From an uncultured delta proteobacterium (lineage in GTDB: Bacteria; Desulfobacterota; Desulfobacteria; Desulfobacterales; JAFDCJ01), in the NCBI GenBank assembly GCA_963769935.1, contig CAVYNY010000007.1, forward strand, positions 32,001 through 96,000: a DNA stretch of 64,000 nt, written 5' to 3'. Position numbers and translations under genes: made by a program. Shown here piece by piece: positions 41,852-51,775 of the stretch. Each line of letters begins with the position of its first letter. The stretch's first letter is position 1. Below the pieces are notes generated by a model. That model saw nothing but the letters and a program-made list of their open reading frames with translations, was not told where the DNA came from and ran no database searches.

Positions 41852-43151
41852 ATGACATTTCAGGAGGTGCTGGCCAAAGTCGTTGACTGGCTTCAGCACA
41901 GCGAACGGGTCTCCTATCGGGCAATCAAACGGCAGTTTGAGCTGGATGATGAATACCTTGACGATCTGAAGGAGGCAATCCTCTTTGCGCACCCCCAGGT
42001 TGTCGATGAAGAAGCGCGGGGTCTGGTCTGGACTAATGAAGCCAGCCCACCGCCCGAGTCGATTCCCGGACCTATTCCTCCAAAAGAAATGCCTCGAGAC
42101 AACCACAACACACAAAGCGAAGTCCAGCCGTCCACGTCTTATACTTCGGATGCCGAACTCCGCCAACTGACCGTAATGTTTTGCGACCTTGCAGAATCGA
42201 CCAGTCTTTCCGGCCGATTGGAGCCGGAAGAATATCGGGAGGTGGTTCGGGCCTACCAATCCGCCTGTGAGAAAGCCATCCAATCCTATGATGCCTATAC
42301 CGCCCAGCACCTTGGGGATGGGATGCTTATCTATTTTGGTTTCCCGCAGGCCCATGAAGATGACGCCCTGCGAGCCGTGCGGGCAGGTCTGGATTTAATA
42401 AAGGCCATCGGGTCCCTCAACCCTCAGTTGCATCGAGACAAAGGCATCCGACTCGAGGTGCGCATCGGCGTTCATACCGGGCCGGTTGTCGTCGGCCAGA
42501 TCGGTTCGGGTGCACGGCAGGAACTGCTTGCCTTGGGGGAGACGCCGAATATTGCAGCACGCATCCAGGGGATTGCAGCGCCCGACACGGTTGCAGTCAG
42601 CTCAACGACTTTTAAGATGGTTGAAGGATACTTCACGGCGAAGGACCTGGGGCTTCAGCCGGTGAAGGGTATCGCAGCGCCGATGCAGATTTACAGCATC
42701 CTGGGGGAAAGCGGCGTCCAAAGCCGGCTTGACGTAGCCCTAATAAGAGGACTTACACCGTTGGTTGGACGCGAATCGGAAGCCAATCTGCTCTTCGAAC
42801 GATGGGACCAAGTAAAAGAGGGGATGGGACAAGCCGTGCTGCTGACAGGTGAAGGCGGGATCGGGAAGTCGCGCTTGCTCCAGGTCATGAAAGCGCACAT
42901 CAGAGGTAAAACTTGAAGCAGAAGTTGAAGCCTGCTTTCAGCAAGCCATCGAAATAGCCCGACAACAGTCGGCGAAGTCCTGGGAATTGCGGGCGGCCAC
43001 GAGCTTAAGCCGTTTATGGCAAAAGCCGGGTAAAAAGGCCAGGGCCCTTTCGCTGCTGCAGGAAATCTACGACTGGTTCAAGGAGGGGTTTGATACAGCC
43101 GATCTGAAAGAGGCCAAAGCGCTCCTTGAAGAATTGTCCGAAGAGAAATAG
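41852..43151 (+). pseudogene. Class III adenylate/guanylate cyclase-AAA-TPR gene with a large internal deletion
   Basis: 41852-42916 encodes the cyclase (TVMFCDL, LGDG) and stops just after Walker A GEGGIGKS. 42915-43151 (+1 frame) encodes the typical C-terminus EACFQQAIEIARQQ.AKSWELRAATSL...YDWFKEGFDTADLKEAKALL. Confidence 0.85.
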
Positions 43152-43209
43152 GCGCATCTACAGGGATAGTTGATCTTTATGGCAATGCACTCGGCTGCCG
43201 ACAAAATCC

Positions 43210-43240
43210 AAAGGGCGGTTCAAAAGCGCAACCGCCCTTT
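43210..43240. terminator. Intrinsic terminator-like hairpin between convergent genes
   Basis: AAAGGGCGGTT...AACCGCCCTTT. Confidence 0.7.
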
Positions 43241-43287
43241 CAACGAGAGGATAAAAAAGGTCAATGCGGCCTCCCGCCTCTCGATAT

Positions 43288-43482
43288 CTAATTTTTAGCC
43301 GAAAACACCGAATCGGAACTGGATCTCGAATTGCCTGTCAGACAAAATTTCACAAATTTTTTTTCGGCCTCCTTAAAACTATTTTCCGAATAAAAATAAA
43401 TATTTTCAGGCCGTCTAAATTCTTTACGGCATTTTTGGATCAACAAGCGGATCCCTTGATCTGTGTTCGAGTTATTGGCCAT
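43288..43482 (-). CDS. Small hypothetical protein
   Basis: 64-aa ORF (..RKEFRRPENIYFYSE..F.EAEKKFVKF..) with a sigma54-like site upstream and a hairpin downstream. Confidence 0.55.
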   Translation of the reverse strand: MANNSNTDQGIRLLIQKCRKEFRRPENIYFYSENSFKEAEKKFVKFCLTGNSRSSSDSVFSAKN

Positions 43483-43517
43483 GATAAAACCGTTTCGCAT
43501 TTAGTCATTGTTTTTTT

Positions 43518-43532
43518 ACAAAATATATGCCA
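43518..43532 (-). promoter_or_regulatory. Putative sigma54 -24/-12 promoter
   Basis: TGGCAT-N5-TTGT on the minus strand. Confidence 0.4.
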
Positions 43533-43589
43533 GGTTCAAATCTTGTCAAGCTGTGAAAATTGCCTGAAACTCGCAAAAGGAGACAGACC

Positions 43590-43847
43590 ATGAAAAAGAC
43601 GCTTATGGTAATTTTAACTTTAGTTATCGGGCTTGCGCTGCTCAGCGCTGTCAACGGATGCACCAGTTACTACATGGTCAAGGACCCCGGGAACGACAAG
43701 GTGTATTACACTACCCAGATCGATCGCAACAAGAGTGGCAGCATTCGTTTCGTCGATGAAAACTCTCAGAGCGTCGTCACGCTGCAAGACTCGGCGGTCA
43801 CTGAAATCAACTCGGAAGAGTTCAAAGCCAACACAAAGAAGAAATGA
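43590..43847 (+). CDS. Small lipoprotein
   Basis: AGGAG RBS, MKK start, hydrophobic stretch, VNGC lipobox. Confidence 0.75.
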   Translation: MKKTLMVILTLVIGLALLSAVNGCTSYYMVKDPGNDKVYYTTQIDRNKSGSIRFVDENSQSVVTLQDSAVTEINSEEFKANTKKK

Positions 43848-43979
43848 CGCCGCCGGTGCCGGGAGCGTCACTTGCAGCTATCGAGGCCCCGGCCATTTAG
43901 TTCAACCCAACACGAGAAGGAGAGGTGAAGCCCAAATGGGTTTAATCATAATCGAATTGAGACATAGAAAGTGTGCAAT

Positions 43980-44016
43980 AATTCGTGGTTATTCGTGCCC
44001 ATTCGTGTTCGTGGCT
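43980..44016. repeat. ATTCGTG short-period repeat
   Basis: AATTCGTGGTTATTCGTGCCCATTCGTGTTCGTGG; similar block at 49478-49501. Confidence 0.55.
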
Positions 44017-44060
44017 AACGAATCTTTAAAGGGATAGTATCCTACTATCCTGCAGCAAAC

Positions 44061-44778
44061 CTAAATCCCCAGAAACGCTTTTCGGAACAAATCGCTGTCC
44101 AGCAACTCCCGGCCGGAGCCTTCGCCGACGATGCGACCGGTCTGCAGCACATATCCGCGGTCGGCCAGATCCAGGGCTTCACGCACGTTCTGCTCCACCA
44201 GCAAAATGGTGATGCCTTCTGCTTTGAGCCGGCGAACCGTGTCGAGAACTTCATCCACCAGAATCGGAGCCAGGCCCAGTGAAGGTTCGTCCAGCATCAG
44301 AATCTGGGGGTTGGACATCAAGCCGCGGCCGATGGCCACCATCTGCTGTTCGCCGCCGGAAAGCGTTGAAGCCGGCTGGTTGCGGCGCTCCTTTAGCCTC
44401 GGAAATAGCTTGTAGACGAAATTTAAATTCTCTTTGATCTGATTTTTTTCATCCAGAACATACGCCCCCAGGTAAAGGTTTTCCTCCACCGACAACGGGC
44501 TGAAAAGCATTTTTTCCTCCGGAACATACACGATTCCCAGGCGGACGATGGCCTCCGTGTGCCGCGTTTGAATTTCCTCGCCTTTAAAACGGATCCGGCC
44601 TTCAAAGGCGTGTTGGGTTCCCATGACGGCCCGCAGCAGGGTCGATTTGCCCGCCCCGTTGGAACCCAGCACACAAACGGTTTCGGCCTGATTCACCTGA
44701 AGCGAGATGCCCTGCAGGACCGGCAGGCCGGAATACCGGACTTTGATGTTTTCGAGTATCGAGAATTGGATCACTCAT
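44061..44778 (-). CDS. livF: Branched-chain amino acid ABC transporter ATPase (LivF-like); possible frameshift near the start
   Basis: GSNGAGKS, LSGGEQQM, LDEPSLGLAP. The RBS-linked ATG at 44778 is out of frame by 1 nt; an in-frame GTG lies at 44774. Confidence 0.85.
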
Positions 44779-44872
44779 CGAAATTGTCTCCGCTGCGGCA
44801 TGATCAAGAAATATTGGAAAATTGGAAGGCAGATTCTGTTTGATAATACCTTATGTTAATGCGCCGACGCTT

Positions 44873-45001
44873 AAAATCACAAATTACAAGCACCAAATTA
44901 CAAATAAATCTCAAATTCCAATAATCAATGACCGAAACCACTAGTTTTGAATTTTGAATTTTGGTCATTGTTATTTGTTTGTTATTTGTGATTTGTCATT
45001 T
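44873..45001. repeat. Family A palindromic element, near-empty form (5-nt spacer)
   Basis: Arms homologous to the copies at 20244 and 34348. Confidence 0.85.
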
Positions 45002-45060
45002 ATACTGCTCCGATATTCAAGGCCTCATGTCCTCATAGGCATCAACGCTAACTTAGAAGT

Positions 45061-45810
45061 TTACAAATAGGTATCTTCTGCATGTTCCTTTGCATAGCGC
45101 TTTCCCAGATAGGCCTGGATTACACCGGGATCTTTGGCGACTTCAGACGGGTTGCCGTCTGCAATTTTTTGGCCGTAGTCCAGGACAACGATGCGGTCGC
45201 TTATTTTCATTACCAGATCCATGACGTGCTCGATCAACATGACGGTCACCCCCAGATCGTTATGGATGCCACGAATGCTGGACATGATTTCTTCAATTTC
45301 GCCGGGATTCAGGCCGGCTGCCACTTCATCCAGCAGCAGGAGCTTGGGACCCGAGCCCAAGGCGGTGGCCATGGTGACCCGTTTCTGGGCGGCCACTGGC
45401 AGCTCACTGACCAGGTAATTGGAAAGCTCCTTCAATTTTAAAAAATCCAGGATTTCCGCTGCGCGGGATTTGGCCTCCGAACGGGAGCGGGCCCGCATGA
45501 AACAGCCGACCATCACGTTTTCTTCAACATTCAGATCGCCGGAGGCAGCGTAGACCTGAAAGGTGCGGGCCAGGCCCCGGCGGGCGACTTCATGGGCTTT
45601 TAAATCCGTGACGTCGTCACCGTCGAAAAGGATCCGGCCCGAGGTCAGGGGGTGTAACCCGCTGATACAGTTGAAGAGCGTGGTTTTGCCGGCGCCGTTG
45701 GGCCCGATCAGTCCCAGCAGCTCTCCTTTTTGCATGGCAAACGATATATTGTTGTTGGCCCTCAATCCGCCAAAATATTTGGTGACATTTCGCACATCCA
45801 GCAGCGCCAT
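45061..45810 (-). CDS. livG: Branched-chain amino acid ABC transporter ATPase (LivG-like)
   Basis: FGGLRA, GPNGAGKTT, GLARTFQ, LLDEVAAG, IEH.M, V..AYLG. Confidence 0.9.
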   Translation of the reverse strand: MALLDVRNVTKYFGGLRANNNISFAMQKGELLGLIGPNGAGKTTLFNCISGLHPLTSGRILFDGDDVTDLKAHEVARRGLARTFQVYAASGDLNVEENVMVGCFMRARSRSEAKSRAAEILDFLKLKELSNYLVSELPVAAQKRVTMATALGSGPKLLLLDEVAAGLNPGEIEEIMSSIRGIHNDLGVTVMLIEHVMDLVMKISDRIVVLDYGQKIADGNPSEVAKDPGVIQAYLGKRYAKEHAEDTYL

Positions 45811-46817
45811 TATTTGCGTTTCCTCCGCCGTATTTTTTCAACGATACCCCAGATCCCGCGGGGTTCAAATGCCGAAACGACCATAATGATCAGGGCATAA
45901 ATAACCAGATCGATACCTGCCAGTCCCGCAGTTGCCCCCAGCCATTCCTTGAGATAGCTCTTTAGCGGGATCAGAATGCCGGCCCCGATGATCGGCCCCC
46001 ACAACGATCCGGCCCCTCCCAGCATGGCCATCAGGGCGATCAGAATTGAAATCGACAGGCTCATGGTGTCTTCCGGCTCGATATTCTTGATGTAGCAGGC
46101 ATGAAAGGACCCTACCACGCTCACAAAGCTGGTGGCGATGGCATAGGTTTTGACCTTGGCCCAGCGCACATTGACCCCCAGCGAGCGGGCCACATCCTCA
46201 TTGTCCTTGATGGATCGCAGCTGGTATCCCAGGCGGGATTTGCGAAACCAGTTGATATACAGAATTCCGGCCAGAAAAAAACCTAAAAGGATGTAGTAAT
46301 AATAAATGTCTTCCTTGAAAATCAGCCGTAAAAAATCCGGGGGCGGATATTTGATGGGGGAAATTTCCAGACCCCGGGCAGCTCCCACAAAATTCCAAAC
46401 CTCAAAGAGATCTTTGAGCACCAACGATGTGGCGATCGTGGCAATGGCAAAATAATGGCCTTTGAGACGGAAGAGGGGGTATCCGATGATAAAGGACCAG
46501 GCGACGGAAAAGCACACCCCGATGGGCATGGATACCCAGAATGGGATATTCCAGCGAATCAGCATGACCGCGGTGGTATACGCCCCGATTCCCACATACT
46601 GGGCCTTGCCCAGATCCACTTGTCCGCCGTATCCGCCGATGGTGTTCCAGCCCATGCCGTAAAGGGAGAACATCATAAACTGGATCATGGTGGCCATGGC
46701 AAAGGAGGAGAGCGACAGCAGTGGAAAGATCAGCAAGAACATCAACACCGCCCCGGCCACCGTCAGATCGATGCGGGGAAAGTCGGAAAAGTCTAACGTG
46801 TTTTTTATTGTTTCCAT
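45810..46817 (-). CDS. livM: Branched-chain amino acid ABC transporter permease (LivM-like)
   Basis: GYGGQVDLG, RLKGHYFAIAT, LGGAGSLWGP..GA. Confidence 0.88.
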   Translation of the reverse strand: METIKNTLDFSDFPRIDLTVAGAVLMFLLIFPLLSLSSFAMATMIQFMMFSLYGMGWNTIGGYGGQVDLGKAQYVGIGAYTTAVMLIRWNIPFWVSMPIGVCFSVAWSFIIGYPLFRLKGHYFAIATIATSLVLKDLFEVWNFVGAARGLEISPIKYPPPDFLRLIFKEDIYYYYILLGFFLAGILYINWFRKSRLGYQLRSIKDNEDVARSLGVNVRWAKVKTYAIATSFVSVVGSFHACYIKNIEPEDTMSLSISILIALMAMLGGAGSLWGPIIGAGILIPLKSYLKEWLGATAGLAGIDLVIYALIIMVVSAFEPRGIWGIVEKIRRRKRK

Positions 46818-47719
46818 CCAAACAAGCCCCTGGGACGGATTATCATGATCAGAAAATACGCCAGGTAAACCCACATGTACTTAAACGATGTCATGGGAAC
46901 ATTGGCCATCCAGTCGATATTAAAGGTATAGGTGATAAAATCCCAAAAGCCCGGAATTTCCATAATCAGGCCCACCACGATTCCGGCAAAAAAAGCGCCG
47001 GGCACGCTGCCGAATCCGCCCAGGGCCACGATGGCAAAAGCGATCATGGTAAACAGCAGCCCGATGAACGGGCTCACCGACCAGAAGTTGACAATGAGCG
47101 CCCCGGCGATGCAAACCGTGGCGCCTCCGATTCCCCAGGCCAGGGCATTCATCCGCTCGGTCGGTATGCCCATATAGCGAGCGCCCTGTGCATTGAGGGC
47201 CGTGGCTCTTAAAGCATTGCCGATTTTGGTGCGGTGCATCATCCACCAGACCCCCCAGAAGGACAGCACGGAAAGTGCGGCCGCGGCCAGCTTGGTGGCC
47301 GGCAGGATGACGCCCATGCCGATATCGAAACTTTTGCCGACCAGGATGCCGTGATGCAAGGCGCGGTCTTCCGAACCGAAAATCAGCAGCGCCAGATTTC
47401 TTAAAAGCAGCATCAGGCCGAACGTGCCCAGCAATTGCGCAATCATCGGGCCGCGCAACAAAAATTTCACAAAACCGGCATAACATGCTACGCCCAGCAA
47501 AAATCCGACGAGCGCGGCAACCGGCAGCGTCAGCAATGGATCGATACCCGTGGCCTGGGCCGTCAGCAGGCCGGTATACATGCCGATCATCAGGAATTCG
47601 CCATGGGCAAAATTAACGATGTCCATGACACCGAAAATGATAGTCAATCCCAAGGCCACCATTGCCAGGACCATGCCCAGCAACAGACCGGCGACGATGG
47701 AGCTTAGCAGGATGTCCAT
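46805..47719 (-). CDS. livH: Branched-chain amino acid ABC transporter permease (LivH-like)
   Basis: ALGLTIIFGVM..VNFAHGE, LGGFGS, RPRGLFG. Confidence 0.9.
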   Translation of the reverse strand: MDILLSSIVAGLLLGMVLAMVALGLTIIFGVMDIVNFAHGEFLMIGMYTGLLTAQATGIDPLLTLPVAALVGFLLGVACYAGFVKFLLRGPMIAQLLGTFGLMLLLRNLALLIFGSEDRALHHGILVGKSFDIGMGVILPATKLAAAALSVLSFWGVWWMMHRTKIGNALRATALNAQGARYMGIPTERMNALAWGIGGATVCIAGALIVNFWSVSPFIGLLFTMIAFAIVALGGFGSVPGAFFAGIVVGLIMEIPGFWDFITYTFNIDWMANVPMTSFKYMWVYLAYFLIMIIRPRGLFGWKQ

Positions 47720-47725
47720 ATAGTT

Positions 47726-47872
47726 AAAATGCCTAAATTCTAAAATGCCTAAAATTACGGCACTGTCAAATTACCAGGACTTTGGGACTAGTTGGGGAGT
47801 GTCGGAGTATTGGAATGTTGGCGTATTGGTATTTTCCATTACTCCATTACTCCATTACTCCAGTTCCAATAC
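47726..47872. repeat. Family B half-element plus family D octamer palindrome
   Basis: AAAATGCCTAAA twice, then GGAGTATTGGAATGTTGG ... CCATTACTCCATTACTCCATTACTCC. Confidence 0.75.
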
Positions 47873-47882
47873 AGACTAATAT

Positions 47883-47927
47883 CCCCCAACCCACCCCTCT
47901 AAAACAAAGAGGGACGGGTTGGGGGGG
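47883..47927 (-). terminator. Stem-loop after the binding-protein gene (terminator or mRNA stabiliser)
   Basis: CCCCCAACCC..CCCTCT / AGAGGG..GGGTTGGGGG. Confidence 0.55.
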
Positions 47928-47944
47928 GCAGATATAAATTTTCA

Positions 47945-49257
47945 CTAAAACTTCTGGAAGGGATAAATCATGTCGGCTGAAGCGACATCAAAGGGGTAGA
48001 CGATCTCCAGCACGATCTGGCCGTCGGCGCTTTTTTGGTACTGTCCGATCAGGCCGGAGCCCAGTGTATTCTGGCCGAGCTCATCCCCGGAGGTGGAAAA
48101 TTTAATTCCGGCCCACGGCACTACAAGCTCGCTGCCCGGAATGTCTATCTCATTGGCGGCCTTTTGGATGGCAGCCGGTTCGGTCGATGCGGATTTTTCC
48201 AGCACCTGCACCCAGGTTTGCAGACCGGTGAAGGATCGGGCGGAGGCGCCGGTCAGATCATTGCCGGTTTTAGCCTTGTAAAGCGCGTTGACCTGTCCGG
48301 CAACCTTTTTCAGCTGAACGACCTGGGGCAGAAATACGGTGCGGGTCAGAATACCGACGACACTGTCCCTAGCGTCGTCGCGGAATTCCGGCACCTCGAA
48401 TCCGGCGTCCTGACCCCAGATGATCTTCGGTTGGGCCTTCTGAGCCTTCATCGTTTTGATCATCAGAATGGCGTCCGAGGTGTAGGAGGCAAACAACATC
48501 ACATCTGCACGGGAGGCTTTTAAAGACCGCACCTCACTGGAGAGATCGGGTGCTTCCTTGGCATACAGCATGGATTTTCGCAAATTGTAGCCGTAATCTT
48601 GGCAAACTTCTGAATCACTTCCGAGACAAATGAGCCCCATTCGGTTTTTTCGCAGGCCGAGGATAGGTTCATGATATCTTTTTTGGGGACTGCCGCAACC
48701 CCTCTAACCTTACCCTCGGTCAGGCCTTTTAAGAATTCAAAGAGGTCTTTGGTGAACCAGACGTCGTGGGGGGTCGTGCGCCAGAACCATTTGAAACCGC
48801 GTTGGGTCAGGGACGGGGACGTGGATGAACCGTTGATCATGGGAACGCCGTACTGTTCGGCGACGGCACTGACGGTTTTGGTGACGGAGCTGTGGTAACA
48901 GCCCAGCAGACCATCCACCTTGTCATCCAATATCAGTTTCTTGGCCAGGTCGGCTCCCAAGGTGGGATTTCCCTCATGATCCTTGAAGATGATTTCAATC
49001 TTGGCTCCACCCATGCTTTTGATGCCGGCGTTTCTGGCCATGCTCATATCGATATCAGCCATCGCATTATTGGCGATCTCCACGGCGAGCTCCACGCCGG
49101 CGCGCAGCTCGCGACCGGCCGCAGCCGCACCGCCGGTCAGCGGATAGAGGGCGCCGATTTTAATTGTCTTTTGCGCCAGAACCCCCGCCGGGAAAATCAT
49201 CCCGATCGCCAATATCAGACTCAACAGGCCCAATCCGTATCTCAAAACTTTTTTCAT
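47945..49257 (-). pseudogene. Liv-type ABC substrate-binding protein split by a 1-nt frameshift near 48598 (pseudogene or sequence error)
   Basis: ORFs 48520-49257 (signal peptide, IKIGALYPLTG) and 47945-48640 join at ..KFAK|DYGYNL.. if one base is restored. Confidence 0.8.
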
Positions 49258-49545
49258 ACCAAAACCTCCTTTCAGATTTTATGAGCGCCTAATTTTAAGG
49301 TCGGTGTGTATCTATGATTCAGATTCAAAATCTTTATAGGAATCATTGCAGCCTGTCAAGGTTCAAACAGCTATTTAAATCAGGTGGTCGGGGTGAGATG
49401 GGATGGGGCTGCGGGAAAATAAAGCGATTGCGTTTGAAGGAGGCGTCAGTTGTTGGTTGTCGGTTGAAAGTTGGTTTATTCGAGTTCGTGCTTTCGTGAT
49501 TAATTTCTTTTTTAGCTCCAGCTTACCCGGGTTAGGTAAGTTGCC

Positions 49546-50973
49546 TCAGGACTTGGCGGCAGGCTTGCGGCTTGACCGTTTCTTTTTCTTTCTCAGCGGC
49601 AGTGCCTGCTGAATTTTTTTCATCCCATCCTCAAGGCCAGGCAGGTTGATCTTGCTATCGACAAGCGTTTCTTGCAGCGCCCGTTGAAAAGACTCGATCT
49701 GCCAGTCTTCCGAGTGGCTGATGCCCTCGTCCAGATAGCTGAGGAAACCGTCCCGGTCCCCCTGGTACAGCTTCATTTCGGCAAGGTCATAGTAACACCA
49801 GGGTATGTCTGTGGGCGGTTCCGTCAGGCTCTGGCTCTTTCGCAATTCCTCCGCGGCCAGCAACTGTTCTTTCCGGTTCGCCAGATTTATTTTTTCGGTC
49901 GTCTTTGCCTCCAGCTTAAGAGCATTGAGAAGGGGGTACGGGTGCCAATTTGAGACTTCTGCGGCTCGCTGGTATTTCTCGTAAGCGCCGGAAAAGTCCA
50001 GCTTGCGCCGCAACATACCGCCCCAGATTGCCCAGGCATCAAAATCTTGAGGATTAAGGACAGTCGCCTGTCTCAACGATTCTTCGCCGCTCGGCAGCCA
50101 GTCCGGTCTATCGTTTTCCGGTATGAGCCGACTGATAAGGCTCTCGACCAGCCCTTTTTCACGCCAGGCTTCCGCGTAGTCAGGCACCAGCTGAGTGAGG
50201 TACGAGAATTGTACCAACGCATCGAAGTGCCGCTTCATTCTCTTGAGGATCAGACCAAGGCGCATGCGCGAAACGACATTCGCGGGGCTGATTCGAAGGA
50301 CGACCCTGTAAATAGCCCTGGCTGTCGTCAAGTCGCCCGTGCGCAGGGCCTCTTCGGCCTCGCACAAAACGGCATCCAGCAGCGTTTGCTGTTTGTATCC
50401 GGCATCTCCGGCTTCGGCTGGATTTTGTTGCTGCGCCGCCAAAGAGGCCTCATTTCCTGGAAGCGGCTGTCGTTGTGCCCGAAGTGCAATTCTCACGGGG
50501 CTGTCCAGGCGATTGCGTTTCAAGGATTCGGTCAACACCTCGGTTATTAAATCCTTGGAGGCGGAAACTTTCTCTTTTGTATCAATTTCATAATCGAATA
50601 CCTTTATCGAGTTGATGTCAAATGGGATAGCAATGCCCGGTTGTCTGAAAATAACAGTACCTGATTCCTGGGCCCCGTGTCGTACACCAAGCTCATAGAA
50701 TACATTGGGATTGAAGCCGCTGATGTCGGTGAACGCAATCCGGCTGTACATGATGTACTCGAACATATCCTGACTGATCGAGCTCGAAAACTTATCGACA
50801 TCGGTGCGCTGGGGCTCGAGGGTCCCGCCCTCCGGGAGAACGGCGTTCCTGATCGCCGGTTCGAAGATATTTTCATAAATATAGTCAAAATCGACGACCT
50901 TGGCGCCCACCTTTTTCTTGTTGAATGGCATGATGACAAAACATATTTTTTCGAACTCGGCCAGTACGGTCAT
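49546..50973 (-). CDS. NDT/DRHyd-like (TIR-related flavodoxin fold) domain fused to TPR repeats
   Basis: CFVIMPF...R.D...DIS..NPNVFYELGVRH N-terminal domain, then TPR-like helices; GGAGGT RBS. Confidence 0.75.
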   Translation of the reverse strand: MTVLAEFEKICFVIMPFNKKKVGAKVVDFDYIYENIFEPAIRNAVLPEGGTLEPQRTDVDKFSSSISQDMFEYIMYSRIAFTDISGFNPNVFYELGVRHGAQESGTVIFRQPGIAIPFDINSIKVFDYEIDTKEKVSASKDLITEVLTESLKRNRLDSPVRIALRAQRQPLPGNEASLAAQQQNPAEAGDAGYKQQTLLDAVLCEAEEALRTGDLTTARAIYRVVLRISPANVVSRMRLGLILKRMKRHFDALVQFSYLTQLVPDYAEAWREKGLVESLISRLIPENDRPDWLPSGEESLRQATVLNPQDFDAWAIWGGMLRRKLDFSGAYEKYQRAAEVSNWHPYPLLNALKLEAKTTEKINLANRKEQLLAAEELRKSQSLTEPPTDIPWCYYDLAEMKLYQGDRDGFLSYLDEGISHSEDWQIESFQRALQETLVDSKINLPGLEDGMKKIQQALPLRKKKKRSSRKPAAKS

Positions 50974-51024
50974 CGTGGTGACCTCCTGTTGCTGAATATA
51001 CAATTAGCCCTATAGCTGCCTAAA

Positions 51025-51507
51025 TTATTCCATTGGACTTAGGCGGTTCCGAATATCAGCCAAATGCAGGCGGGCGTGCTCATAGGCCCAAACGATAAAT
51101 CGCTCCAGCTTGCCGTGGCCATGGAAGGCGTGGCGGCCTTCGCGATCCAGGTCTTTATCCTCCATCCCCTCGACGATCGCAATCGTTTGCAGCCGCACGA
51201 ACCGGAATTTATCCAACAGTTCATCGAGCGACAGCCCATCCAGCTTTCGGGGCTGGGTGCGGTTGAAGCGGTCGAGATCAAAATCTTCCGGAGTGCCGGG
51301 GCCGCCGGCCAGAATATCCTTAAATAGCCAATGCATGGTGCCTTCGATGGTAATAAAATGCGCCAGGACCTGCTGAACGGACCAGCCGGGATCTTCCGGA
51401 TAAACGGTCATCCCGAGCTGCCTATGATTCAGGCCTTTAAAAAAGGTGATGATTTCTTCCTGGTTATTTCTCAATTCTGCGATGATGCCATCAAGTCTGT
51501 TTTCCAT
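51025..51507 (-). CDS. DinB/YfiT family protein
   Basis: WSVQQVLAH, H..HG, EH...H. Confidence 0.8.
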   Translation of the reverse strand: MENRLDGIIAELRNNQEEIITFFKGLNHRQLGMTVYPEDPGWSVQQVLAHFITIEGTMHWLFKDILAGGPGTPEDFDLDRFNRTQPRKLDGLSLDELLDKFRFVRLQTIAIVEGMEDKDLDREGRHAFHGHGKLERFIVWAYEHARLHLADIRNRLSPME

Positions 51508-51524
51508 TGAATTCCCCTATGATT

Positions 51525-51680
51525 TCAAATACGGTAATCCATGTGGGGTTTCAACGATACGATGACATGACCCGGATTCACCTGGCCCATGTCCATAAAT
51601 ACGATATGGTGATCGTCTTCATACACTTTATGGCAGGGAATCTCGCCAGCTGCAATTTTACAAAAAACACAATCAGTCAT
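51525..51680 (-). pseudogene. Truncated HIT family nucleotide hydrolase (51 aa)
   Basis: Not in the ORF track. AGGAGGAG RBS; MTDCVFCKIAAGEIPCHKVYEDD..IVFMD....NPGHVIV..K.H then stop; no HxHxH motif. Confidence 0.8.
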
Positions 51681-51775
51681 TTTCTCCTCCTTTTATCCTC
51701 CTCATTATCTGAGATAAGTTAAACCTAAATTGAGCGGTTTCAATAAAAAGTTTGGAACAATGGTCCGTTTCGTGC

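Noticed and set aside
42905..42920. Programmed +1 frameshift (prfB-like) joining the cyclase to its C-terminal fragment
   Set aside because: The context ACT TGA A is not CTT TGA, and most of the AAA/TPR region is missing, so a deletion explains it better.
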